DNA of 64,000 nt from a virus (taxonomy: Duplodnaviria > Caudoviricetes). The position numbers and the translations under genes were made by a program. Under the pieces are notes generated by a model. That model made no database searches. It saw only the letters and a program-made list of their open reading frames with translations, and was not told where the DNA came from. Shown here in pieces: positions 10,556 to 20,441 of the stretch. The stretch is taken from positions 47,651 to 111,650 of IMG/VR virus record IMGVR_UViG_3300043422_000045; one strand, written 5' to 3'. Within the stretch, counting starts at the first letter, position 1; each line of letters opens with the position of its first letter.

Positions 10556-12826
10556 ATGAATTTAAAACAAATATTCGTAATTGACACCGATAACGAGAAG
10601 TTAGACAAGGTTAATTATAACTTCGATCAGATTATTGCAAACGGAGCAGGCCCAATGGGTGCTCAAGGTGCAATAGGTGCTCAAGGTTTTACTGGTTTGA
10701 CAGGTGATCAAGGACCTCAGGGTGCACAAGGACCACAAGGTGCTCAAGGACCTTCAGGTAATGATGGCGATACTTCGTGGAAAATAAATGAAGGTACAAA
10801 TAACGTAACTCTTGTACCTATTCATGATGATTCAGTATATACAAATCCACCTTCTATTATAATAGGTATTGATAAAGCAGATCCAAGATATAATGATGTT
10901 TTGACAGACGCTACTTTGTGGATTCATAGAAAATCTAGTGTTTTCAACGATAACTTTCAATTGACTGACGATAGTAGTGGTTCTACAAAAGTTTCTTTTA
11001 GATTATTTAAAAGTGCAGGCGTTGTTAAATATGCAGAAGGATTCTTTTCAGGCGGTGGAGCTATAAGATATGTTGCTGATAAATTTATTTACAAAAATGC
11101 AACTACTGAATTTGCTAATTTAAGTGCAACACAATTTAATGTCAAAGTACCTTCTTTATTTGAAGGTAATTCTGAATTTAAAGGAGCTAATTTAAAAATC
11201 AATGTTGGTTCTCCAGCTGTTGATAAACTTTTAACGTCAACCGATAACCAAGGTACAGTTGCTTGGAAATCTATTACAGAGATACAGGCCGGTGTTCCAG
11301 TTGGAACTATAGTTCCAATTTTATCTTCTATTTTCAATGATTCAAATAATTTTGATAAAGGTTTTAATTTGCCAAACTCTACTTCACCATTAGAAGTTTA
11401 TTTTGGTAGAGGTAAAAATAATTATAGAGGATGGTACTTATGCCATGGTGAAAACTGGATTAAACCTAACACATCTAATACATATACTGTTCCAGATTTA
11501 TCTTCTTTTACATATCATATCGATGCCAATCCCTCTGGAGCTGGTCAAGGTGTTGCCGGTAAAACAGATAATGTACAAACTATTGTAGGTGGAAGTGACA
11601 TGTCAATGACGGCTGTTTTTGCAGGTGGACAATATAGTATCACATCATCGTTTGACACATCGTCAGTTTCTATATACAATCCAAGTTCAGGTGGAACTCA
11701 ACTTGAAATGCAAAGATTTATATACGTTGTATTTTTAGGAGAAGATAATTTGTATTGGCAAGATAATGGAACAATATCAGGTAATAATTCTGATTTAGTA
11801 TTTAATAACGTAACTTTTAAATATGCAGATAACAATGTAATAACGCCAACACAAACACTTATTCCTTCCAATTTAGGATCTTCTAGTTCTGGCGGAACTG
11901 CAATGGGTACACTAGTAGTACCAGGAAATAATCCATCATACAATGATTGGAATTCTGTTTATAATTCAGGTTCATGGACACAATCTACTTTAGATAATGC
12001 TTGGAAAAATCCAAGTTTACAATATTGGACAGGAGCCGCAGGAGAAGATGTTAAATTATATACAGATACAAATTTAAATTCATTCGTTCCTCAAGGAACT
12101 TGGATTAAAAATAGCTATTTAAGATTTGTTAAATCTTCAGATGGTAAAGTATTTGACAACGGCACAGGATTTCAAGAAGGAGATGATGCTATGACAATAT
12201 TAGTAGTTAGTAATACACACTCTAATGGTAGTACTGCAGCAACTTCTTTGATAAATACCAATTTTACTTTAAATTCAAATGTTACATCGCCAACATGGAA
12301 AGGATCAGCAACTTACGCATATCAATGGCAAATTAGTACAGATAATACAACGTGGTCTGACATTTCAGGCGCTACATCGGCTAGTTTAACAACTACTCAA
12401 GCTGGAACAGGTACTGTTTATTATAGAGTAACTGCAAAAATAAATGAGTCTGGAACTAATGGCGTTGGTAAATCTTTTTATGCGACTACGCCAATTATAA
12501 TGACATTTTTAGGTAATACAATTTCTGGAAATACAGTAGTGAATTGTTCTACACCAACAGTTGCAACTGGTTACATTACGATTAATGTTGCGCCTGCTAC
12601 TATAAAATACTCAACAATAGGTGGATATTCATCTAATAATTGTTTTTGCGATAGTTCTTTAGATATTCAAAATGTTGGATCTTATTCTACTTATAAATCA
12701 AATCAACAACAAGATGAACAGCTAATAACAATATCAAGCGTTGGAACTTATTCATTCACATTAAATGCAATAGGGCCAGTATGTGGTACATGTGGAAGCT
12801 GGGACACTAGAATTCAATTACAATAA
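10556..12826 (+). CDS. Tail fibre-like protein (paralog of 8380..10509) with collagen repeat, tail-collar-like domain and Ig-like C-terminal region
   Basis: KVNYNFDQI; GXY x13; PVGTIV...GWYLCHG...VPDL; YQWQ.S.D...W.DI.GATS Ig-like motif. Confidence 0.7.
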   Translation: MNLKQIFVIDTDNEKLDKVNYNFDQIIANGAGPMGAQGAIGAQGFTGLTGDQGPQGAQGPQGAQGPSGNDGDTSWKINEGTNNVTLVPIHDDSVYTNPPSIIIGIDKADPRYNDVLTDATLWIHRKSSVFNDNFQLTDDSSGSTKVSFRLFKSAGVVKYAEGFFSGGGAIRYVADKFIYKNATTEFANLSATQFNVKVPSLFEGNSEFKGANLKINVGSPAVDKLLTSTDNQGTVAWKSITEIQAGVPVGTIVPILSSIFNDSNNFDKGFNLPNSTSPLEVYFGRGKNNYRGWYLCHGENWIKPNTSNTYTVPDLSSFTYHIDANPSGAGQGVAGKTDNVQTIVGGSDMSMTAVFAGGQYSITSSFDTSSVSIYNPSSGGTQLEMQRFIYVVFLGEDNLYWQDNGTISGNNSDLVFNNVTFKYADNNVITPTQTLIPSNLGSSSSGGTAMGTLVVPGNNPSYNDWNSVYNSGSWTQSTLDNAWKNPSLQYWTGAAGEDVKLYTDTNLNSFVPQGTWIKNSYLRFVKSSDGKVFDNGTGFQEGDDAMTILVVSNTHSNGSTAATSLINTNFTLNSNVTSPTWKGSATYAYQWQISTDNTTWSDISGATSASLTTTQAGTGTVYYRVTAKINESGTNGVGKSFYATTPIIMTFLGNTISGNTVVNCSTPTVATGYITINVAPATIKYSTIGGYSSNNCFCDSSLDIQNVGSYSTYKSNQQQDEQLITISSVGTYSFTLNAIGPVCGTCGSWDTRIQLQ
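10649..10768 (+). repeat. Collagen-like (Gly-X-Y)13 coding repeat
   Basis: GPMGAQGAIGAQGFTGLTGDQGPQGAQGPQGAQGPSGNDG. Confidence 0.9.
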
Positions 12827-12838
12827 AATTTAATTAAA

Positions 12839-13669
12839 ATGAACTTTATTAATTCGATCTATAATTTTTTAAAAGGCTTAAATAAGAATACTATTATTTT
12901 TATTTTAGGAGCTTTATTTGTCTTATTGTTTTTAAAACAATGTAATGATAAAACAAATCTAAAGGCTGAATTAAATCAAGTTAAAATTGAAGCTGAAAGA
13001 TCTCATAATAATTATGTAGCTGCTCAAGATACTATCAAATATTATAGAGCTGAAAACGGCGGCTTAATAGCAGAAAAAAGAGCCTTTGTTTTTACTCAAG
13101 ATGAATTTGAAAAAAACTATAAAGATCTTAAAGCTGAATATACAAGTGCTTTAAACTTAGGTAAAAACTTGAGTAAGCAAAATGTTTTACTAAAATCACA
13201 GATAGAGATTTTATCTACTATTAAACCAGCCGGTACAGTAGCTCAGCTTAACGATTCATCTACGTTTATTAATTTTACTAAGTTTGATGATTTTGGAATG
13301 GGTAATTCTAGAACATTTACAGGTAAAGCTAAGATTTTATATTTTGATAAAAAATTCTTATTAGATAGTACGCAAACTCAATTTGATATTAAGCAAAACA
13401 TAAATTTATATGTATCTATAGATGAATCCAACGGATATAAGCAAGTTAAAATGGCATCTTCATACCCAGGTTTAAATGTCTTAGATATTGAAAATATAAA
13501 TTTGATAAATAATAAACTGAATGAAGCTCCTAAAAAGAGAGATCGTTGGGTTATGGGAGTTGGAGTTGGTTATGGCGTTTCATTAGTAAACGGATCAACT
13601 TTAAGTTTATCACCATGGATTGGCGCATCTTTACTATGGACACCTAAATGGTTACAATTCGGAAAATAA
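12839..13669 (+). CDS. Membrane-anchored coiled-coil protein, putative spanin-like lysis protein
   Basis: N-terminal hydrophobic helix (TIIFILGALFVLLFLKQC), coiled coil, and C-terminal amphipathic beta-hairpin (RWVMGVGVGYG...PWIGASLLW). Confidence 0.45.
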   Translation: MNFINSIYNFLKGLNKNTIIFILGALFVLLFLKQCNDKTNLKAELNQVKIEAERSHNNYVAAQDTIKYYRAENGGLIAEKRAFVFTQDEFEKNYKDLKAEYTSALNLGKNLSKQNVLLKSQIEILSTIKPAGTVAQLNDSSTFINFTKFDDFGMGNSRTFTGKAKILYFDKKFLLDSTQTQFDIKQNINLYVSIDESNGYKQVKMASSYPGLNVLDIENINLINNKLNEAPKKRDRWVMGVGVGYGVSLVNGSTLSLSPWIGASLLWTPKWLQFGK

Positions 13670-13681
13670 TAAATAATATAA

Positions 13682-15727
13682 ATGGCTAGATCATCAAAAT
13701 TTTTAAGATTAGATAAAGACGTATTGCTGGAATTCATTTACCACGATCAGTCTAATCCTGCTTTGTCTACTATTGAAACTGATAATAATGGAAGCCATAT
13801 TAAATTTTTAAATACGGTTGACGGAGATAATACAGCGCCAAGATACTTAATTCACGAATTAGGTGGAGATGTTGTTAATTTTACTGTAGATATTTCAGGT
13901 ATTTACATTGCAGTAAACAATTTTTCTAGAAGAGAATTACAATTACAAAATGGCAAAACTTACGAGTTTGATTTATCTAATTTGGCAATACCTTCTAATT
14001 TTTCTATTAATGCAGGTGGTAGTTTTACTATAATTGGCTCTAAAGCTATTTATGTTCCTAATACAAATGGAACTTATTCATATTCATATAATGATAATGG
14101 TATCACTTATAACGGTGGTTCAATTGTAGTAAGTGATAAAGCTAATCCTTTATTTGCAACGCCAGATCAAGAAACTGGAAATACAATTAAAACCGGAACT
14201 GGTGAAGTTGGTAGATACTACGCAGTAGAATATAACACTGACGGAACTAAATTTGCATTATTAGACAATACTTTAGGTTACTTAGCTACTCAAAATTGGA
14301 ATGGTAGTACATCTATTTCTAATGAAGTTATTGCAAGTAATTTAGTTAACTACGATACTATAAGATTGCACTTAAGAACTGGATTTTCATTCTCTAATAG
14401 AGGATATGAAGGTTTCTTATTTCAAGTAAAAGCTAAAAGAAATTCAGGTGTTTACAATTACTTTACTTCTTTAGCATATTTAAATTATTCAAACTACGAA
14501 CTTCAAAATCCAACACCTTTTGTTTTAGGAGGAGTTGCATTTTCTAAATTCATTGAAGTTAAAGTACCTTCATTAGTTGACATGTATGATAATACATTAA
14601 ACTTAGATTTTGAAGAAGCATTCTTTGGAACTCAAGGTACACAAGATGCTTTAAATCCTACTTCTAATTATGAAATAGTTTTTAAATTAATCGATAGTGT
14701 TTATGAAGTTAATAATGTAAAATATGTAGATGCTGCCGAAGTTCTATTAGTTACATTAGCTCAAGAAGATGAATATCAAGATATTTCAGCTGTTATTGAA
14801 GAAGCAGCTGACGGAGATTACTTTAAAATCTATGGATTAAAAGATGGATCTATTGATAATTTTGCTAGATATGTAAATCTAAGACATCAAACTTCAGGAG
14901 ATGACATTACAGTATTTCATGATATAGAAGTTTTAGAACAATCTGGAAATACATTTAATCAAACTTCAAATGTAACTTATGCCCAAGTTGATAATTTAGA
15001 CAAGCCTATTTTATTTAGACCTATTATACAATCTGCTAATATATCAAATTCTTTTTTAATTAATTATACATTAAGAATTTACAACGAAACAGATAATACT
15101 CAAATCGTAAAGCAAGCTTCTTTAATTTATAAGAAACCTAGCAAGTACGCTAAGAGAATGATTCAATTGAATAATGTTTTAGCAACTACTAAAGTTTACA
15201 ATAAAATTGCTAGCACAGCTGCAAGTTCTTCTATTAATAATTTTGTTAATTCTATTAGACCTTCAGTTGGCGAAACTAAATATGTACCAGTTGCAGTGAA
15301 TACAACTAACATTAATGTATCAAGCACGAACGTACAATTAGATGGAGCAAATGTAACTGCTTTAAATAATATGACATATTATGGAATGGGTCAGGGCTCT
15401 ATAACGCTTTCTAAAGTTTCAGATAATTTTATCAAGTTTAGAATTGCACAATTAGAAGCTGATACTTTAAAAGAAGTTTCATTGGTAAATGCTGAACAAA
15501 TAGAATTGATATTAAAAAGTGGAAACATCGAACAAATCATATATGCAGATCCTACATTTCCAAATGTAGATATGGGTAAAGGTGAAGTTTTATTTAAAAT
15601 TGATAAATCTGTTGCAACAAGATTTGATCAACCAGATGCTAATATAGCAAGCGATACATTTTACATAAATATTAAAAACGGTTCAACATCATCTATGTTG
15701 TATCATGGAACAGTAAACATCATATAA
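13682..15727 (+). CDS. Hypothetical virion structural protein (681 aa)
   Basis: Long beta-rich ORF in the structural block; stop/start overlap (TAATG) with the next gene. Confidence 0.5.
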   Translation: MARSSKFLRLDKDVLLEFIYHDQSNPALSTIETDNNGSHIKFLNTVDGDNTAPRYLIHELGGDVVNFTVDISGIYIAVNNFSRRELQLQNGKTYEFDLSNLAIPSNFSINAGGSFTIIGSKAIYVPNTNGTYSYSYNDNGITYNGGSIVVSDKANPLFATPDQETGNTIKTGTGEVGRYYAVEYNTDGTKFALLDNTLGYLATQNWNGSTSISNEVIASNLVNYDTIRLHLRTGFSFSNRGYEGFLFQVKAKRNSGVYNYFTSLAYLNYSNYELQNPTPFVLGGVAFSKFIEVKVPSLVDMYDNTLNLDFEEAFFGTQGTQDALNPTSNYEIVFKLIDSVYEVNNVKYVDAAEVLLVTLAQEDEYQDISAVIEEAADGDYFKIYGLKDGSIDNFARYVNLRHQTSGDDITVFHDIEVLEQSGNTFNQTSNVTYAQVDNLDKPILFRPIIQSANISNSFLINYTLRIYNETDNTQIVKQASLIYKKPSKYAKRMIQLNNVLATTKVYNKIASTAASSSINNFVNSIRPSVGETKYVPVAVNTTNINVSSTNVQLDGANVTALNNMTYYGMGQGSITLSKVSDNFIKFRIAQLEADTLKEVSLVNAEQIELILKSGNIEQIIYADPTFPNVDMGKGEVLFKIDKSVATRFDQPDANIASDTFYINIKNGSTSSMLYHGTVNII

Positions 15728-16278
15728 TGATTTTAAATAGTAGAAACAATTTATTTAACTTTAAGTTACCTAGGACTTTTATTCCTAAGGAAGTTGCTGA
15801 CAAATATAAAAAATATTTGAACAGAATTCCTGGTAATTTAATAACTGAGCCTATTGACTTTGTTAATTATTCTATTCAAGGTATCAATTTACCTGGTTTA
15901 AGTTTTGATCCTATTAGTCAAAATAATAATGATGGTACCACTAGATATTTTAGAGGAGCAATACCTATTCAAAATGTAATTGACAGAACATTTACAATTA
16001 AGATGCAAATGTTAGATGGATATATTAACTATTGGATTATGCAAGACACTCTTTTGTATTATTATTCAAAAGCTGTTAAAGAACCATATACTTCTGATTT
16101 AAAATTACAAATCATGGATGCAGAAGGAATTCATTTAGTTTCTGCAGTGTTTGAAAAACCAATATTACACCAAATTTCAGAGATTGATCTAAATATGAGT
16201 TCTAACATTGCTGAGTTTGATACTTTCGAATTATCATTCACGTATAATAAATTTAATATCGAACTAGAAATAGACTAA
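15727..16278 (+). CDS. Tail tube-family protein (T4 gp19/gp3/gp54-like)
   Basis: 183 aa; QGINLPGLS...F.I.M...YINYW...P..ISEIDL...F..F.LSFTY pattern typical of T4 tube-fold proteins. Confidence 0.5.
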   Translation: MILNSRNNLFNFKLPRTFIPKEVADKYKKYLNRIPGNLITEPIDFVNYSIQGINLPGLSFDPISQNNNDGTTRYFRGAIPIQNVIDRTFTIKMQMLDGYINYWIMQDTLLYYYSKAVKEPYTSDLKLQIMDAEGIHLVSAVFEKPILHQISEIDLNMSSNIAEFDTFELSFTYNKFNIELEID

Positions 16279-16288
16279 TATATAGGAT

Positions 16289-16657
16289 ATGAAAACATTT
16301 GTACAACACTTAGAAGAGCAAAAAGTAACCGGTTCAGAATGGACTTTATTACAAGAATCTTTAACTTCTGAACTTACACCAGAATTAGAAGAAAAAATAG
16401 ATAGAGCTATTGATGAATTTATGGCTCAATACACCAATGAAGATGGTATCGTTGAAATCACAAGATTTAATGAAGACGTTACCAATGAAGGTTTCTTAGG
16501 TTCTATTTTAGGCGGTTTAACTGGCTTTGCATTAGGAACTACAGTTGGTAAAATAGTTGCTAAAGCTTTAGGTGTACAATCTGGTATTTTATACGATTTA
16601 CTAACTTCTAGATTAGTTGGAGCCGCAGTAGGTTCTGCTCTTGGTACTAGATTCTAA
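16289..16657 (+). CDS. Putative capsid-packaged protein with C-terminal glycine-zipper membrane segment
   Basis: N-terminal MKTFVQHLEE resembles the T4 IP capsid-targeting sequence; C-terminal GFLGSILGGLTGFALG...LVGAAVGSALG. Confidence 0.55.
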   Translation: MKTFVQHLEEQKVTGSEWTLLQESLTSELTPELEEKIDRAIDEFMAQYTNEDGIVEITRFNEDVTNEGFLGSILGGLTGFALGTTVGKIVAKALGVQSGILYDLLTSRLVGAAVGSALGTRF

Positions 16658-16667
16658 TTCATTTAAT

Positions 16668-17315
16668 ATGAACATAGTCGCTATTGACTTCTCACTTAAT
16701 TCACCAGGTATTGTAATTTCAAAAAAAGATTCAGTTCACTTTATATCTTATATTAAAGATGGAATTGGAACCAAAGCTGAAACTAAAATGAATGAAGAAC
16801 TTGCTTTATGTAAGGACATTTCTTTTAAAATACAACCAACTTTTACAACTTCAAAAGACTTTTCTGAAAAAGAAATATCTAAGCTTCAACGTTTTATAAC
16901 AATGGCTAAAGATATGATTGAAATGATTCAACCTCACATAGATCTTAATGAACCTATTGTTTTTGGGTTTGAAGGAGTTTCTTATGGTTCAGGCGGAGGT
17001 GGTACAAACAATCTAATTGATTTAGCGGCCGCTGCAGCTATCTTTAAATATTCTCTTCTTTTGTATTATAGAGATTATAAAGTTAACATTGTGACAGTTG
17101 CTCCTACTACAATTAAAAAACATGCAGGCAATGGTAGACTCAAGAAAAGAGAATTGTGGGATGTGTTTGTTGAAAACCAACTTAATGATTCTTTGTTAAA
17201 TGAAAATTCTGTGTGGGGCTTTGCCAACAATCTTAAAATTGGGGCCAAAGTTCCAAAGCCCTTTGATGACATAATAGATGCTTATTTTTTAGCGTCATAC
17301 CTTAGGGCCCTTTAA
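16668..17315 (+). CDS. RuvC-like (RNase H fold) Holliday junction resolvase
   Basis: MNIVAIDFSLNSPG, FEGVSY, PTTIKKHAG.G and DDIIDAY motifs. The ATG at 16668 is preferred over the TTG at 16641. Confidence 0.75.
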   Translation: MNIVAIDFSLNSPGIVISKKDSVHFISYIKDGIGTKAETKMNEELALCKDISFKIQPTFTTSKDFSEKEISKLQRFITMAKDMIEMIQPHIDLNEPIVFGFEGVSYGSGGGGTNNLIDLAAAAAIFKYSLLLYYRDYKVNIVTVAPTTIKKHAGNGRLKKRELWDVFVENQLNDSLLNENSVWGFANNLKIGAKVPKPFDDIIDAYFLASYLRAL

Positions 17316-17366
17316 AGTTTTAAACCCTTCCCATAATAACCTTTCACCGACGCTAAAGAACTTAAC

Positions 17367-17394
17367 TTATATATGTTTGGCCCCGGTTTGTTTC
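17367..17394 (-). promoter_or_regulatory. Divergent GAAAC-N18-TATAA promoter-like motif on the minus strand
   Basis: The reverse complement reads GAAAC aaaccggggccaaacata TATAAG; the spacer is 18 rather than 17. Confidence 0.35.
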
Positions 17395-17429
17395 AAAAAA
17401 AGTAAAAATAATTTAAAATAAATTAAAAA

Positions 17430-17456
17430 GAAACAAAATAAGGTTGAGATATATAA
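17430..17456 (+). promoter_or_regulatory. Bipartite promoter GAAAC-N17-TATAA (also contains the late motif GATATATAA)
   Basis: GAAAC aaaataaggttgagata TATAA. Confidence 0.65.
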
Positions 17457-17462
17457 GATAAT

Positions 17463-17675
17463 ATGATTCTTAATAACTACATTCAAGCTCAAGAAATGAC
17501 AACAACAGATCATTTTGATTTACACAATGTCTTAAATAAGATGGTGTTAATGGATAAAATTTCTCAAGAAGAAATGGATAATCTCTTAGCTAAATCGGGT
17601 TTAACTAAATTAGAAACTGGTGTATACGAAGATGCGAACGGTTCTGTTTTGGCCATGGCTAGTTTGAAACAGTAA
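17463..17675 (+). CDS. Hypothetical protein (70 aa; may start at 17496)
   Basis: ORF between two promoter motifs with phage-like codon usage. Confidence 0.55.
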   Translation: MILNNYIQAQEMTTTDHFDLHNVLNKMVLMDKISQEEMDNLLAKSGLTKLETGVYEDANGSVLAMASLKQ

Positions 17676-17692
17676 TTTTTTATCATATATAA
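17666..17692 (+). promoter_or_regulatory. Bipartite promoter GAAAC-N17-TATAA upstream of the SSB gene
   Basis: GAAAC agtaattttttatcata TATAA. Confidence 0.7.
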
Positions 17693-17757
17693 AAGGTATA
17701 AACAGTCTCACGAAGAGGCAAACTAAACAATTTAAACGTAATTAAAGTATTAAAGAC

Positions 17758-18693
17758 ATGGCAGAATTTGACATTTTCAATCTGAGTGTAACCGACGTTG
17801 ACACTCACGAAACCGCAACAGCATCATCTACAAATGATGTTTACAAACCAACAGCCGATCAAGGCAAAGACGGAACTTACAAAGCACTTATTCGTTTTGT
17901 TCCAAACCCAGCAAATCCACGTAATTCATTAGTTAAAAAGTATGTACATTGGTTGACTGACGCTTCAGGCGAAGGTAAACTAGTTGACTCTCCAACTTCT
18001 ATTGGTGAAAAGTGTCCTATTGCTGATGCATTTTTCAAACTACGTAAGTCTGATTCAGCAGTAGATCGTAAAATGAGTGAGAAATTAAAAAGACGTGAAC
18101 AATACTACGCTCTTATTAAAGTAATCAAAGATCCTCAGTTCCCAGAAAATGATGGTACTTACAAAATCTTCAAATTTGGTTATAAAATCAAAGAGAAAAT
18201 TGATGAAGAATTAAAACCAGCATTCGGTGAACCAACGCAAGTATTCGATTTATTCGAAGGTAAAAACTTTGAATTGATTATTACTCGTCAAGGTGATTAT
18301 AATAACTATGACAAATCTAAATTTTCAGCTTCTAAAAGCGCAATCAACATTGATGGTAAAACAGCTGAAAAAACTAAAGAGGTTATGTCAGCTATCAAGG
18401 CAGAATTAGACAAAGCTCCATCATTAGAGCCTTATGAGTACAAACCATGGGACGATGAAGCAAGAGATTTTGTTAATTCAATCTTACGTCAGTATTTAAA
18501 TCCAGGTTCAGCAATGGACGAGATCGTTAATACTAAGAAAGCAACAACTAAAGCTACAGCAACTGCAAAAGCACAAGAAAGTTCAGATGATTTCGATTTC
18601 GATACTACATCTGCACCAGCAGCAAGCTCTACAACTTCAAGTGTTGATTCTTCAGACGATTTAGATGCATTCTTGAATGACCTTGACATCTAA
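17758..18693 (+). CDS. gp32: Single-stranded DNA-binding protein (T4 gp32-like)
   Basis: A(L/I)IRFVP, CPI, YYALIKVIKDP, KIFKFG.KI, FDLFEGKNF, NYDKSKF, and acidic tail DDLDAFLNDL. Confidence 0.9.
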   Translation: MAEFDIFNLSVTDVDTHETATASSTNDVYKPTADQGKDGTYKALIRFVPNPANPRNSLVKKYVHWLTDASGEGKLVDSPTSIGEKCPIADAFFKLRKSDSAVDRKMSEKLKRREQYYALIKVIKDPQFPENDGTYKIFKFGYKIKEKIDEELKPAFGEPTQVFDLFEGKNFELIITRQGDYNNYDKSKFSASKSAINIDGKTAEKTKEVMSAIKAELDKAPSLEPYEYKPWDDEARDFVNSILRQYLNPGSAMDEIVNTKKATTKATATAKAQESSDDFDFDTTSAPAASSTTSSVDSSDDLDAFLNDLDI

Positions 18694-19753
18694 AATATCA
18701 GAACAACTTAAAGGTAGAATTAAATTATTAGTTAAGCAAGTTATTACCAAAGAACATGCTCAACCAAATAAACACACTCTAAAAGACATGCCAGGGCGAA
18801 TAACTCTGGCATGCCCTTATTGTGGCGATTCAACAACAGATGATAATAAGAAGCGTGGCAATCTTTATTGGGCTACGCTTCAATATCACTGTTTCAATTG
18901 TTCACATCACACCGACGTATATGGTCTTTTAAAAGATCACGGCATTAGATTAAATACAGATGAGACCATTGAAATCATCGATTATGTTAAAGAACATAAA
19001 TTAGAAACACGTGATGTAGAAGTTTTACAACACGGTATCTTTGCTAAAGTTTTAGAAATAGCACCAACCAAACAAGAGCTTAGACAAAAATTAGGATTTG
19101 TCGATATAGAGCCAGGTGATCCAGCTTTCTTTTATCTAAGAAAGAGATTATTATCAAATAAATTAGAACATTTCATGTATTCGCCTAAAGATAAAAGGCT
19201 TTACATTTTAAATATAGGACCAGAAGAAAAAGTTATAGGTATGCAATCTAGAACTTTGGTCAAATCTGCGAATAGCAGATATTTAACATACGACTTAGGC
19301 AAACTTAAAGAATGGCTAGGCACTCCTTTAGAATTAACAGAAGAAGAATTAGTTCCTATTAACAAAATGTCAACATTGTTTGGTATTATGCAAGTTAATA
19401 TGATGATTCCTGTTACGATCTTCGAAGGACCATTAGACAGATTATTCATGCATAATTCATTAGCATTAGCTTCAGCTCACAGAGACACTGAAGAATTAGA
19501 TGAAATACCAACCATCAGATACATGTTTGATAATGATGAAACTGGTAAAAAGAAAATGATGCAAAAGCTTAAAAAAGGCAAAGGCGTATTTACTTGGAAT
19601 AAATTTCTAACCGAAAATAAGTTAGATACATATTCTAAACAAATAAAAGACTTAAATGACTTGGTATTAGTTGCTTTTCAAACAAAAAGCAAATGTCTAA
19701 AAGAATTAGAAACTTATTTTAGTGATTCACAATTAGACGCATATTACCTATGA
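18677..19753 (+). CDS. gp61: DNA primase (T4 gp61-like)
   Basis: Zn finger CPYCGDS...HCFNC; Toprim motifs IFEGPLD and FDND; KDLND. Confidence 0.88.
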   Translation: MTLTSKISEQLKGRIKLLVKQVITKEHAQPNKHTLKDMPGRITLACPYCGDSTTDDNKKRGNLYWATLQYHCFNCSHHTDVYGLLKDHGIRLNTDETIEIIDYVKEHKLETRDVEVLQHGIFAKVLEIAPTKQELRQKLGFVDIEPGDPAFFYLRKRLLSNKLEHFMYSPKDKRLYILNIGPEEKVIGMQSRTLVKSANSRYLTYDLGKLKEWLGTPLELTEEELVPINKMSTLFGIMQVNMMIPVTIFEGPLDRLFMHNSLALASAHRDTEELDEIPTIRYMFDNDETGKKKMMQKLKKGKGVFTWNKFLTENKLDTYSKQIKDLNDLVLVAFQTKSKCLKELETYFSDSQLDAYYL

Positions 19754-19971
19754 TTTTAGAAAGATTATTACAAATGGTTGACGAAGAACTAGAAGATTTT
19801 CAAAACGAAAAAGAAAAAAGAAAGGGCTTAAAATCTCTTGTCGATTTTACTTCTACGAGCACGCAATATGATGGTAACGCTTTGGGATTTGAAATTAAAC
19901 CAAAGTTTAAACAAAAGGTAAAATCTTCTGTTTATATTAAAGAAGACAAGAACAAGCGCTCACTATTTTAA
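19750..19971 (+). CDS. Hypothetical protein
   Basis: 73-aa ORF overlapping the primase stop (ATGA). Confidence 0.55.
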   Translation: MILERLLQMVDEELEDFQNEKEKRKGLKSLVDFTSTSTQYDGNALGFEIKPKFKQKVKSSVYIKEDKNKRSLF

Positions 19972-19981
19972 AAAGTAACAC

Positions 19982-20425
19982 ATGCAAGATACACCAATAT
20001 CAAAGGTAGTTAATAAAGTTGTACAATTAGACGAATTATTTGGCACACAACGACTATCATGGACTAACAAAATCAAAGATTTAGCTGAAGATTTAAAACA
20101 TGGAGAAAACTTACATGAAGTTGCTTCATATACTTTAAGTTATAGGCAAATATTGGTTGAAAACATTGCATCGGTTTCGTCTAAGATTAGAACTAATAAA
20201 GCTAGAGTAGACAAAAACTTTAAAGAAGCTTGGATTCGTTATTATCAATACGAATACAAACTAAACGATAAACAACGCGAGAAATTCATAGAAGCTGATA
20301 TGGCTGAAGACCTACAAGTCCAAGATTTATTAGTATCTCACAAAGAATTTTTAACAGCGTCTATCAAAACTCTTGATAACATGGGCTTTGCAATAAAGCA
20401 GCGTATGGATATGAAGCAGATTTAA
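19982..20425 (+). CDS. uvsY: Recombination mediator UvsY-like protein
   Basis: Helical 147-aa protein immediately upstream of UvsW; FIEAD...IKTLDNMGFAIKQ matches the UvsY C-terminal pattern. Confidence 0.65.
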   Translation: MQDTPISKVVNKVVQLDELFGTQRLSWTNKIKDLAEDLKHGENLHEVASYTLSYRQILVENIASVSSKIRTNKARVDKNFKEAWIRYYQYEYKLNDKQREKFIEADMAEDLQVQDLLVSHKEFLTASIKTLDNMGFAIKQRMDMKQI

Positions 20426-20441
20426 AAATATCTAATATGTT

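Noticed and set aside
16668-17315. Cas12/TnpB-type RuvC effector
   Set aside because: It is only about 215 aa with contiguous resolvase-type motifs, has no zinc ribbon, array or transposon ends, and lies among recombination genes.
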